A model generated the notes under the pieces. That model had not been told where the DNA came from. It worked only from the letters and a program-made list of their open reading frames with translations, and did no database searches. The position numbers were made by a program, and so were the translations under genes. DNA of 64,000 nt from Planctomycetota bacterium (lineage in GTDB: Bacteria; Planctomycetota; PLA2; JAEUHO01): the NCBI GenBank assembly GCA_965223505.1, contig CBDCWP010000034.1, positions 190,810 to 254,809 of the forward strand, written 5' to 3'. Shown here piece after piece: positions 34,686 through 44,135 of the stretch. The first letter of the stretch is position 1. Each line of letters starts with the position of its first letter.

Positions 34686-36082
34686 GAGGGTGTACCGTTC
34701 TTTCTGTAAATGGCTCCCGAGAGAGAGGCGCTCGCTTCGCTTGAATCAGCTAGCTGATTCAAGCGAAGCGGGCGCGCCGCCATCTCCCGGGGTCAACTGA
34801 GTGGCGGATCAACGCCGTACCTTTGCAGGTCTACGACAACTTGCATTGGAGATCGACGTGACCCACCACGAACAGCGTACGCCGTGGGCCGACGCCCTGG
34901 AAGCGCTCAGCGAGAGCGGATTCGACGGCATGGCCGAGGCGATGCGAGTGCTGATCAACGAGTCCATGAGAATCGAACGCAGTGCCTTCCTCGGCGCTGA
35001 ACCGCACGAGCGCAGCGAGCAGCGTCGCGGGTACGCCAACGGGTTCAAGCCCAAGCGCGTTCGCACGCGCCTAGGCGAGATCGACGTACAGGTGCCTCAG
35101 GTGCGCGACGTCGAGGGCGGCGATGCGTTTTACCCATCGAGCCTTGAACGCGGCCAGCGAAGCGAGAGAGCGCTCACGCTGGCTTTGGCGGAGATGTACG
35201 TCCAGGGTGTTTCGACGCGCCGTGTCGAGGAGATTACGAAGGTGCTTTGCAACGGCCTTGAAATCAGCTCCACGAGCGTGTCGCGAGCAGCTGCGCTGCT
35301 CGATGAGGAGCTTTCGCGTTGGCGCACACGGCCGCTCGGGGCATTCAAGTACCTCGTGCTCGATGCCCGCTACGAGAAGGTGCGCCACGGCGGATCGGTG
35401 CGCGACTGCGCGCTGCTCATCGCCATCGGCATCGGCCACGACGGCAGGCGCAGCGTGCTGGGAACGAGCGTGAGCCTTTCGGAAGCCGAGGTTCACTGGC
35501 GCGAGTTCCTCAGCTCGCTCCAGGACCGCGGACTGCATGGCGTCGAGCTCATCACCAGCGACGGCCACAAGGGCTTGGCCGCCGCGCTCGCTGCCCGCTT
35601 CGCCGGCGTCGCCTGGCAGCGCTGCCAGTTCCACCTGCAGCAGAACGCACAAGCTTACGTGCCGCGTCAGAAGCTTCGACGCGACGTCGCCGCTGATCTT
35701 CGCGCCGCGTTCAACGCGACGTCGCGGCGCGAGGCTCAAGAGAAGCTCGAGGCCTTCGTAAAGAAGTGGGACAAGCCCGCGCCCGACTTGGCGCGTTGGG
35801 CCGAGGAGAACATCTCGCAGGGATTCACCGTGTTCGACCATGGCCTCAACGAGGCGCAACGCAAGCGCCTGCGCACCACCAACAGCCTCGAAAACCTGAA
35901 TCAACAGATCCGGCGGCGCACGCGTGTTGCCGGACTCTTTCCAAACGAAGCGTCCTTGCTGCGGCTTGCGAGCGCGGTGCTCATCGAGATCAGCGAGGAA
36001 TGGGAAACCGGACGGAGGTACTTGCCGAGGGACGACGCTTGATCAACCGCTCAGCGATTTACAGAAAGAACGTTGCTCTGCC
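34686..36082 (+). mobile_element. IS256 family insertion sequence (1397 bp), 8-bp TSD TACCAATT
   Basis: Imperfect TIRs sharing cgttctttctgtaaat; TSD at 34678-34685 and 36083-36090. Confidence 0.93.
34858..36042 (+). CDS. IS256 family transposase
   Basis: EMYVQGVSTRRV, LDARYEKVR, SDGHKGL, WQRCQFH, RTTNSLENLN. Confidence 0.95.
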   Translation: MTHHEQRTPWADALEALSESGFDGMAEAMRVLINESMRIERSAFLGAEPHERSEQRRGYANGFKPKRVRTRLGEIDVQVPQVRDVEGGDAFYPSSLERGQRSERALTLALAEMYVQGVSTRRVEEITKVLCNGLEISSTSVSRAAALLDEELSRWRTRPLGAFKYLVLDARYEKVRHGGSVRDCALLIAIGIGHDGRRSVLGTSVSLSEAEVHWREFLSSLQDRGLHGVELITSDGHKGLAAALAARFAGVAWQRCQFHLQQNAQAYVPRQKLRRDVAADLRAAFNATSRREAQEKLEAFVKKWDKPAPDLARWAEENISQGFTVFDHGLNEAQRKRLRTTNSLENLNQQIRRRTRVAGLFPNEASLLRLASAVLIEISEEWETGRRYLPRDDA

Positions 36083-37471
36083 TACCAATTCATGGGCGGT
36101 ATGGGCGGGTTTCTCATCATCGAGGGCGGACCCGGTAGTCTGGACGACATGCCTGAGATCAAGGCGGCGCGCGATCTCGTCATGGGGTTCCAGACGATTC
36201 GCACCGATCCGCAAGGTACGGTGCCGTGGGTCAACCTCCAGGCGACCAACTTCCAGCAACTGTTCAACACGCTGGACGATGGAAAACTCTTCATCACGAC
36301 GAACGGCGTCGTCGCGCCGACGCTGTGCATGAAACCTGGTGAGGTCGTGCGCTGTCGGTTCTTGAACGCCACCGTGGGGGAGACGCTGGCGTTGAAGATC
36401 TACGAGACCGGAGGGGGCGGACAACGACTCTTCGGGTTGCCCATGCACCTACTGGCCATCGACGGCCTGACGATGCCCGACATGGTGACGATGCCGTTCT
36501 TTGGTCAACCGCTCATCTTGGGCGGTGGCAATCGGGCGGATGTCCTCATCAAGGCGCCCATGGAGCCTGGGGAGTACGAGATCCGCACCCTCAACACGCA
36601 CCCCGACCCGAACCTTGGCGAGACCGCCGTGGTTGCTTCCGTATCCACGCAGAACGTCGAGTTGGATGATCGGATCTCGCGTGCGTTCCCGGGCGGCTCA
36701 GGCGGCACCTCGATTCCCCAGTGGCAATTCCCGGTGACGCTTGTGAAGATCGACGTTTCCGGCACTGCGAACGACATGGCCCTGCCGGTGGGACCGCTGC
36801 CTAGGCCTGATTCGATCGGGGCGCAGGCTACGGCCGACATCCTGGCCGCCACGCCGGACAAGACCCGCAACGTCCTGTTCGAGATCTGCAGCTCGAACAA
36901 CCTGGGCCAGCACCCGTGCGCGACGTTCGGGCTCATCTTCGGCTACGACACGCCTGCCTATTGGGGCGGCACGAACTTCAACAACTGGTTGTTCATGCGC
37001 GACGGCGACGATTTCGGCCCTGGATTCGGAAAGCAGGCGTTGTTCACACATGGACAGCCACTTTTTTCCGACATGTTCGCCGGCGCAATCGAGGAGTGGA
37101 CGATCCACAACAACTCTGCTTCGGATCACCCGTTCCACATCCACGTCAATCCATTTCTGCTGACCCACATCAACGGGACGCCTCTGCCGATACCCGAGTG
37201 GCGCGATACCGTCCTCGTGCCCGCCGGGACGAACCAATCACCCGGCACGGTGACGTTTCGAACGCACTTCCACCCCGACTTCACGGGCAGATTCGTCGCA
37301 CACTGCCACATCCTCAGCCACGAGGACATCGGCATGATGCAAGAGCTGGAGATCAAGCCGGCCCCGATGCGTATCAGCGGAGGCAACTGACCCTCCGAAA
37401 AGGCACGGGGGTGTGTGGCGGTGCTGCGAGACGACGTCGTCGTTGTGGCTCGCGCGGCGCGCTAGGAAGAC

Positions 37472-37682
37472 ACCGAGATGAGATGAGAAGGCCGGCCCTC
37501 CTCCGCCGCGCAGTCATCGGTTAGACCGAGCTGCAAAGTTGACCAACGGGGTCGAGGGCCCTGAGAGGAGGACCCGTATGGCAACGGTATGACGGAGCCG
37601 ATTGGCGTGGACCTGGGCGATCGTCACTCGGCGTTCGGCATCGTGGACCAGGCGTCGGGTGATGAGGTCGAGCGCGGACGCG
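37472..37682 (+). mobile_element. IS110 family remnant: non-coding end plus truncated transposase N-terminus
   Basis: SD GGAGG; IGVDLGDRHSAFGIVD matches the IS110 DEDD N-terminus; truncated after ~30 aa. Confidence 0.65.
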
Positions 37683-37808
37683 AGAAGGTCGTGGTCCTCA
37701 TCGGAGGCCCTCCCGGGCCGGGCAAATCAGTCGTCGCAGCTCACCTATGGGCCGCACTCGCTGGCAGGCCAGAGTTGGATGGAGACTACGTGCTCGTCTT
37801 ACCGCCGG
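37683..37808 (+). pseudogene. P-loop NTPase/helicase fragment (DUF2075-like)
   Basis: KVVVLIGGPPGPGKSVVAAHLWA fused in frame to the IS110 remnant. Confidence 0.4.
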
Positions 37809-37843
37809 CGCTCAGCGACTCATAGAAAGAACGTTGCTGTGCC
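37809..37843 (+). mobile_element. Orphan IS256 right end
   Basis: 31/35 identity to the right end of the IS256 at 36048-36082. Confidence 0.7.
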
Positions 37844-37972
37844 GGGAGGGAAGCTCAGTCGGCGCAGCGCGGTTGAACGTCTGTATTGTCGGAGCTATTC
37901 TCCGGATGGATGCTTGACTTGACTTTGTACTCCGTACTCTACGCTGCGGGGGCGTCGGCTTGAGGAGCCCGC

Positions 37973-38548
37973 ATGCTGGGTTTGGTCTATCGCAAGGCCG
38001 CCGAACAGTGCCTCCGCACGTTCGTGGAGGTAGAGGCGCTTCGCGGCACCGAGGTCTCAGACAAGTCGTTCGCGGCGCTGCCGCGCTACTTGGGCCCTTT
38101 CGCCTCTCTCGCGTTCGGAGCGTTGTTTGTCATTTTCCTGGTCGCAACGTTCCTTGACATGGGCCGCTATGGAGACCCCGTCGGATACTGGGTCATGGGG
38201 GGCTTCGGGCTAGTCTCCATCGGACTCGGCGTCTTCTGGATGGTTCGCCTCAAACGTAGCCGTCTGACTTTCCGCTCAGGGAAGTTGCACTATCTGGGAG
38301 TGTTCAAGAACTGCACTGTCGACCTGAGCGACGTGGGAGTCGTCGCGGCCGGCCCGGGGGACTTCTTCCTTTTCGATCAACGGCGGAAGTACCTCTTTCG
38401 ATTCCCGGCCCAGTTCGAGCACATCGCCGAGGCCGTGGCGCGCGTCGCGTGGTATCGGCCCCAAGGTGGCCGGCCGGCACGCTTCCTCAAGGACATCCTT
38501 GCCAATCCGATTCCCCAGCTTCCAACCCATTTTCAAACCCGTGAGTGA
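37973..38548 (+). CDS. Hypothetical membrane protein (2 TM plus soluble beta domain)
   Basis: SD GAGGAG; two TM helices. Confidence 0.65.
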   Translation: MLGLVYRKAAEQCLRTFVEVEALRGTEVSDKSFAALPRYLGPFASLAFGALFVIFLVATFLDMGRYGDPVGYWVMGGFGLVSIGLGVFWMVRLKRSRLTFRSGKLHYLGVFKNCTVDLSDVGVVAAGPGDFFLFDQRRKYLFRFPAQFEHIAEAVARVAWYRPQGGRPARFLKDILANPIPQLPTHFQTRE

Positions 38549-38650
38549 GGCGATACCGAGCCCGGTTTTCTTGTTCGATATTCAGCTGGCACAGCCGGTG
38601 AAATCGCGTACAGACTATCCGGGCTCGGAAATTCTAGGGAAGGAGCTCCG

Positions 38651-39070
38651 ATGAGAGGCTCAGAGGCGAGTGCAGCCGCAATACCCTGCCTGCGATACAA
38701 CGACGCATCCGCTGCAATCGACTGGCTCTGCAACGCGTTCGGATTCGAGAAGCATCTCGTCGTTCCCGGAGATGACGGCGAGGTTGCCCATGCACAGCTC
38801 AAGCTCGGGTCTGCGATGGTCATGTTGTCGTCCGCGCGCGACGATCAATTCGGCCAGCTCTACAAGCTTCCCGCCGAAGTTGGCGCGGTGACGCAGAGCC
38901 CCTACATCGTCATCCATGACATCGATGCGCACTATGGCCGAGCGAAGTCCGCAGGAGCCGAGATGGTCATCGAAATCAAAGACGAGGACTATGGCGGCCG
39001 CGCGTATTCGGCTCGTGATCCCGAAGGCAATGTCTGGAACTTCGGCTCGTACGACCCCTGGGCCAACTGA
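38651..39070 (+). CDS. VOC/glyoxalase family protein
   Basis: AIDWL..AFGF, HAQL.LG, D.DYGGR.YSARDPEGNVWNFG.YDPW. Confidence 0.92.
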   Translation: MRGSEASAAAIPCLRYNDASAAIDWLCNAFGFEKHLVVPGDDGEVAHAQLKLGSAMVMLSSARDDQFGQLYKLPAEVGAVTQSPYIVIHDIDAHYGRAKSAGAEMVIEIKDEDYGGRAYSARDPEGNVWNFGSYDPWAN

Positions 39071-39176
39071 ATACGGTACCCGACTCAGCTAATCGCTATT
39101 CGTCGAAGCGCGGCTCGAAGAGCGAATAGCTGGGGCGGGTACGGTACTTCTCCCGTGGCGCTCGACCATGACGAGG

Positions 39177-39666
39177 AGATTCCGACCTGCGTATCTTCCG
39201 GCATTTCGTCGGATCCGAGGTCAGTGATCCGCGAGCAGATACGTGGTAGCTTCACGCCATGTGTCACGTGTGGTCGTCATCCGTGCTCTTGCTGGCCTCC
39301 GTGCTCTTCGCACACGATGCGGTCGCCGAAGGAATGCCAGAGAATCTCCGGAGGAAGGAAGCCAAGACGCTGGAGAGTGTCCGCAGAGACCTCGAGAAGC
39401 TCGGCGACTGGTGCGTAGGAAAGATTCCGACCTGCGTATCTTCCGGCATTTCGTCGGATCCGAGGTCAGTGATCCGCGAGCAGATACGTGGTAGCTTCAC
39501 GCCATGTGTCACGTGTGGTCGTCATCCGTGCTCTTGCTGGCCTCCGTGCTCTTCGCACACGATGCGGTCGCCGAAGGAATGCCAGAGAATCTCCGGAGGA
39601 AGGAAGCCAAGACGCTGGAGAGTGTCCGCAGAGACCTCGAGAAGCTCGGCGACTGGTGCGTAGGAA
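39177..39666 (+). repeat. Perfect 245-bp tandem duplication
   Basis: 39177-39421 = 39422-39666; covers the 5' end of the downstream gene. Confidence 0.9.
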
Positions 39667-40916
39667 AGAAGGCCTATCGAGCCGCGTGCAGCGAGTACCG
39701 CCGCATCCTCCTGATCGACCCTCACGCCCAGGGGATCAACGAGAAGATCCTGTCGGCGATCTATAAGAGTGATGGCTGGAAATCGGGGTTCGATGAGGCC
39801 TACCAACGGAAGCGGGTGGGAACCTACAAAACGTGCGCGGGACGACTCTGGGCACTTGCGAAGGCATGCGAGAGCAACTACCCAGCTGGCTTCGTAAAGA
39901 ACATCACCCGTGCGCAACTTCACCTCGAAGGAGCGCTCGATTCCGAGAAACTCGAGCTGCGCTTCTTTGAGCCGTACCTGCAGTGGGTTCGGGAAAGTGA
40001 CTGGGTGAAGCTCAACAAGGGGCGCGAGTTCGTCGACGGCAAGTGGCTCACGCGCGCACAGGTTGCGGAGGCAAATGCGAAGCACGACAGCTGGAAGACG
40101 GCATGGATCGTCGAGGACGGGCGAATTAGGGTCTTGAGGTCCGGCACGCTGCGGGAAGTCAGGACGATCTTTGCGCACGCACGAGCAAACCTCGACTTGG
40201 CACTCGCACTCTACGGAGCACCGTTGGATCTTCGCGCCCCGGACAAGCCCATCGAGCTCGTTCACACGAAGACGCAGCAGCGGTTCAGGCGGATTTTGGG
40301 CATCCTGGGCGGCGGCCGCAGTACGGATGTCCGTAGGAGCAGTGTGACGATCGGCCGGACACTGGTCTTTACTCAGCAGCCGAGAGGGGTCGATGGGAAG
40401 ACCGTCACGCTGCCGTTCAATCTAATGTTGCGGTACCTGCGTCGAGAGCTGGTCGGACACGTGCTCATGACGCACACACAGCATGCGCGCGGAGAGCGGA
40501 GTTCAAAGGAGTACGTTTCGGCGATCGGCGCACCGGGCACGATGACGGAGATGTTTCACATGCACGACACGGGCTGGCGCGTGATGCGGAAGCAGCACCT
40601 TCCCTACCGTAGCGTGGAGTGGTCGAACATCGCTTACGTTCAGAAGAGAATCGACGAGCTGCCAACACTTGGACGACTGATCCCGGGCAACCACCCACGG
40701 AGGCCGGACTTCCAGAAGCACACCGGTGTGATGTCGTGCTACTTCATGTTCGGACCTGAGCCGACCTATCGGCGTGCCTGGTTGGAGCTCACGAAGCGCT
40801 CGTACTTCGCGACCGTGAAACCGGATACCTTCGCGGAAGTATTCGCGGGGATCGACCTCGCGGGACTACAGAATGACTTCCGCGGATTCATCGAAGACCA
40901 GGTAGTCGAGCGATGA
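39504..40916 (+). CDS. Exported hypothetical protein
   Basis: Signal peptide ..AHDAVA; 470-aa ORF. Confidence 0.65.
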   Translation: MCHVWSSSVLLLASVLFAHDAVAEGMPENLRRKEAKTLESVRRDLEKLGDWCVGKKAYRAACSEYRRILLIDPHAQGINEKILSAIYKSDGWKSGFDEAYQRKRVGTYKTCAGRLWALAKACESNYPAGFVKNITRAQLHLEGALDSEKLELRFFEPYLQWVRESDWVKLNKGREFVDGKWLTRAQVAEANAKHDSWKTAWIVEDGRIRVLRSGTLREVRTIFAHARANLDLALALYGAPLDLRAPDKPIELVHTKTQQRFRRILGILGGGRSTDVRRSSVTIGRTLVFTQQPRGVDGKTVTLPFNLMLRYLRRELVGHVLMTHTQHARGERSSKEYVSAIGAPGTMTEMFHMHDTGWRVMRKQHLPYRSVEWSNIAYVQKRIDELPTLGRLIPGNHPRRPDFQKHTGVMSCYFMFGPEPTYRRAWLELTKRSYFATVKPDTFAEVFAGIDLAGLQNDFRGFIEDQVVER

Positions 40917-41004
40917 GGATTGCGGCGTCAGGGCATTTCCTGTCCGCGATACGGAGCCCGGCTTTCTATTCGATATTCGGCGGCAACCTGCTGCCCATAC
41001 TGAA

Positions 41005-41292
41005 GTGAGCGACCATGACGCGATCCGGTGGCATCTGGAGCAGTTAGTGCACTCGCTCCATGGAGCGGGGGACGTAGCTCTTGCCGGCTCGGTGCGCGAA
41101 GCACTGTCTGGTACAGATGAGCAGGTAGGTGCGTTTCTAATCTCGAATGAGCTGTGGGGCGGGGCAGGCTCGATTGCCGATCAAGCACGCCCAGGCGCAC
41201 ACCCGAGTTTGCTCGCACTGGGGCAGGCTCAAATTGCAGCCGGCTTCACGAACCCCCGCACCGCCATGTGGGTCGCGTTTCTTCAACGATGA
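41005..41292 (+). CDS. Hypothetical protein (immunity-like)
   Basis: 95 aa, FL.SNELWGGAGSIADQA motif; repeat motif on both sides. Confidence 0.55.
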   Translation: MSDHDAIRWHLEQLVHSLHGAGDVALAGSVREALSGTDEQVGAFLISNELWGGAGSIADQARPGAHPSLLALGQAQIAAGFTNPRTAMWVAFLQR

Positions 41293-41313
41293 CTCCAATA
41301 CCGCGCGCGGTCT

Positions 41314-41413
41314 CTCTGTTCGACATTCATCCAGTCAGAACGGGCGGTTCCTTCGCGCGCCTGGAGCATGCGGTTGTTCATCTTGGTTGGGTGCCGTCCA
41401 GGATGTTCAGTTG
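41314..41413 (+). repeat. 100-bp direct repeat, copy 1 (copy 2 at 42573-42672)
   Basis: 98/100 identical; contains the 3' end of the DUF1851-like gene. Confidence 0.88.
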
Positions 41414-41493
41414 TGTCCGCTCGAACGGGGGAAGGTCAGCTCTCACTTGACCTGGCATGAGAATCATCGGGGACCGTCAGTCGGTGAAGAGGT

Positions 41494-41997
41494 TCACTGC
41501 CTTTGAACATGTTGTTTCAGTGAACTCTTCTCTAGGCACTGTGCGCCCGCTCGTTCGGTGCGCCACGCCAGCAGCGCGAGCGGCGCCCCGTCCGGGTCGA
41601 CGAACGGCACCTTGCGGACGCCGGCCCTGGCGGTCGCGCCGACGGGAGGCAGCATCCAGCCGTTGCGGCGCAGCAGCCGGCCGACGTGGCGCTGGTGGTA
41701 GCGCACGCCCCAGCGCTTCTCGATGAGCGCGACGACGGCATCCTGGCTCCAATGGTCGAGGTCGAAGCCGTGGGCGCGCGGGCTGTCGTGGAGAGAGACG
41801 TTGAGTTCCGCGCGCGCCCGCGCCGGAAGTCGCGGCGCGCGCCCGCGGCGCTCGTCCGTCAGCGAGCCGCCCCCGGACCAGAACCGGAACCAGCGCCCGG
41901 CCGTGGCGCGCGTGACACCGAGTCGCCGGGCGACATCGGCGCGCGTGCTTCCGTTCGCGAACAGTTCAGCCGCCTTGGCGCGCTTCTCCCGGTCCAT
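41494..41997 (-). CDS. Winged HTH protein resembling the IS630 transposase N-terminus (no DDE domain)
   Basis: VARRLGVTRATAGRW, PRAHGF....WS...V..LI...GVRYH..HV.RLL. Confidence 0.75.
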   Translation of the reverse strand: MDREKRAKAAELFANGSTRADVARRLGVTRATAGRWFRFWSGGGSLTDERRGRAPRLPARARAELNVSLHDSPRAHGFDLDHWSQDAVVALIEKRWGVRYHQRHVGRLLRRNGWMLPPVGATARAGVRKVPFVDPDGAPLALLAWRTERAGAQCLEKSSLKQHVQRQ

Positions 41998-42092
41998 GCG
42001 TTCAACCTACTCGCTGTTGCAGGTTTGCGCGACCGGTTTGGCTTGATCCTGGGTGCCTCCGCGTCGATGTTGAGCCCACACGGGAGGAACTC

Positions 42093-42467
42093 ATGATCGA
42101 CGGCGGCAACGCGACCATCTTCGTCTCCGACTTCGAGCGGGCGATCCACTTCTACACGGAGATCCTCGGCATGCCCCTGCGCATGCGCGCGGAGAACTTC
42201 TGGGCCGAGGTCGTCGCGGGAAGGGACCTGGTCATCGGCATCCATCCGGAATCGGAAAACGCCGCGAAGCCGGGCACCCAGGGCTCGATCCAGATCGGCC
42301 TCAACGTGACCGGTTCGCTTCACGAGCTGGTCGACGACCTGAAGGGCAAGGGCGTTGCCTTCGAGGGCCCCATCGTCCAGGACGACGGCGTGGGAAAGTT
42401 CGCCCGCTTCCGCGACCCCGACGGGAACGCGCTCTACTTCTGGGAGCCGGCGAAGGTCTCGAGCTGA
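42093..42467 (+). CDS. VOC family protein
   Basis: VSDFERAIHFYTEILG, FRDPDGN. Confidence 0.9.
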   Translation: MIDGGNATIFVSDFERAIHFYTEILGMPLRMRAENFWAEVVAGRDLVIGIHPESENAAKPGTQGSIQIGLNVTGSLHELVDDLKGKGVAFEGPIVQDDGVGKFARFRDPDGNALYFWEPAKVSS

Positions 42468-42502
42468 AGGTGCCGAAAAGTACGGAGTCGTTCCGCGGTC
42501 CT

Positions 42503-42572
42503 GCAACTAGTGAACTTTTCACCCGGCACCGTAGACGGCAACTAGTGAACTTTTCACCCGGCACCGTAGACG
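42503..42572 (+). repeat. Perfect 35-bp tandem repeat x2
   Basis: gcaactagtgaacttttcacccggcaccgtagacg twice. Confidence 0.9.
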
Positions 42573-42636
42573 CTCTGTTCGACATTCATCCAGTCAGAAC
42601 GGGCGGTTCCTTCGCGCGCTTGGAGCATGCGGTTGT

Positions 42637-43125
42637 TCATCTTGGTTGGGTACCGTCCAGGATGTTCAGTTGGATGTTGGTGCCATCAGGAAGGTCCGAG
42701 ATCTGACGATGCAGATCCGCCAGGAACGAGTAATACTCGCGAATCGACTTGACCCGCGTGTTCTCCAGCGACGCCTGGCCCCCTAGAACGAGGGGCATTG
42801 CGTACCCATAGCACTGACCGGTGTCGAGGAGAAGGCCTGCTCGTCGCGCTCTGTCGATCTCCGACATGCGTAACCACTCGTCGGCGTTCGTGCCCACGTC
42901 CGCGCGGGTCGCGAAGTCCTCCCAGCTATCTGCAAGGCGCTCCACGACGCTTCGTTCGAGATCAAGGCGATGAACGCTGTTGTCCTTGAACACGAGAATG
43001 GGCTCGCCAAACCGATTCACGAGCGGTACCGTCAGTTCCACCGGAAGTCGGGTGGTCCACCAATCAGAGAGAAGAGTGGCCCAATCAAGGTCTTCTTGAC
43101 TCAAGACGTAGCTGTCGAGTTCCAC
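42637..43125 (-). CDS. DUF1851/Tdi1-like immunity protein
   Basis: VNRFGE, QCYGY..PLVLGG...EN, ADLH.QI.DLPDGT. Confidence 0.75.
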   Translation of the reverse strand: MELDSYVLSQEDLDWATLLSDWWTTRLPVELTVPLVNRFGEPILVFKDNSVHRLDLERSVVERLADSWEDFATRADVGTNADEWLRMSEIDRARRAGLLLDTGQCYGYAMPLVLGGQASLENTRVKSIREYYSFLADLHRQISDLPDGTNIQLNILDGTQPR

Positions 43126-43232
43126 ACTCTGATCCTACAAGATACGGAGCCCTGTTTTTCTGTTCCATGTTCAGCTGCTACAGCAGGTGGAATCGCGTAC
43201 AGATGATTCGGGCTCGGTAGCTCTCCGCAGAG

Positions 43233-43613
43233 TCACGTTCGCCAGAACTGCCACCACCGACGGCCAGGACGAGACACACCAGCTTCGATCGTCTGGATCC
43301 TGCGCGGGATGTTGGGATCACCGCCTCGATACTTGATGCAGCCAGTTTCTTGAAACGCCATGACCTGGAGCATTCTGCCGAGCTCCGCGTCGTTCTCAGG
43401 CTGTCGCTTCACGTAGCAGTGTGTATCTGAGTCGTACGCGAACAGGTCCGGCGCGATGTCCATCGGGACACCACAGCAGACGCAGCACCCGCTCCCCACG
43501 AAGAAGTCCCCGGCCGCGTTGAACGGATGAGCCTCGCCGCCTCGCCTTGCCGGTGTGGATCCAATCTGCGAGGGAGCGACCGGTTGGAAGGGCTCGGTGT
43601 CCGTTCGATCCAT
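43233..43613 (-). CDS. Ferredoxin-like protein with WWQFW tail (start uncertain)
   Basis: HP.NAAGDFFV..CCVCCGVP..APDLF, HCYVKRQP, CIKYRG. Confidence 0.6.
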   Translation of the reverse strand: MDRTDTEPFQPVAPSQIGSTPARRGGEAHPFNAAGDFFVGSGCCVCCGVPMDIAPDLFAYDSDTHCYVKRQPENDAELGRMLQVMAFQETGCIKYRGGDPNIPRRIQTIEAGVSRPGRRWWQFWRT

Positions 43614-44029
43614 CCCAAGCCGCCACACTTGTCGCAGATGATGGGGGAGGGCTCGGAAAGCCCGCGGGCCTCCGTTGCCGTGATGTCACCCGCCTCAACG
43701 AGCTTCCGCTTGAAGAACTCTCGGTCCCCTTTGCACGTCGGACAGTCCAGAGCGTCGCTCGGTCGCTCGGGCTTCAGATCGGCCAGCGAAGGGAACCACT
43801 CCGAGGCGAATAGCAACGTGGTCCGTGTCTCAAACGTGTCGGCGGGCTCCACTTCGTACTCCCAGCTACAAGACACGACCTTGCCCGAGGGCATCAAGAC
43901 GAAGCTTCCGCCCATCGTGTGCCATACCGGAAGTCCACCAGTCGCCTTCGCGACGTCACGGTATTCCTTCAGGCCCCTTATCAAGCGCTCGATCCTGTCG
44001 GCCAGGGGATCCGGCTGGTGCTTCGGCAT
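43409..44029 (-). CDS. Hypothetical protein with CxxC..CxxCxGxG zinc finger; C-terminus runs into the next gene
   Basis: P.RP.DA.DCPTC.G and ICDKCGGLGW. Confidence 0.6.
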   Translation of the reverse strand: MPKHQPDPLADRIERLIRGLKEYRDVAKATGGLPVWHTMGGSFVLMPSGKVVSCSWEYEVEPADTFETRTTLLFASEWFPSLADLKPERPSDALDCPTCKGDREFFKRKLVEAGDITATEARGLSEPSPIICDKCGGLGWIERTPSPSNRSLPRRLDPHRQGEAARLIRSTRPGTSSWGAGAASAVVSRWTSRRTCSRTTQIHTAT

Positions 44030-44135
44030 GGCTCCCGAGCATATCCGGTTTCATCAGGGTGTCGCCCAAGCGGGGGAAGGTCACTGGCTCAGTTGTTGGC
44101 GCTCCTGCCTCTTCGGAGTGACGTAGAGTAGTCCC

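Larger units (their letters stand above)
34148..37390 (+). pseudogene. Multicopper oxidase (Tat lipoprotein) disrupted by IS256 and a signal-peptide frameshift
   Basis: HTHG and WYHPHKH before the IS; HPFHIH and HCHILSHEDIGMM after; removing the IS plus one TSD restores ATYQFMGGM. Confidence 0.88.

Noticed and set aside
41494..41997. Complete IS630 element
   Set aside because: No DDE catalytic ORF or terminal inverted repeats recognised
42503..42572. Possible CRISPR array (35-bp repeats)
   Set aside because: Two abutting copies, no spacer, no cas genes
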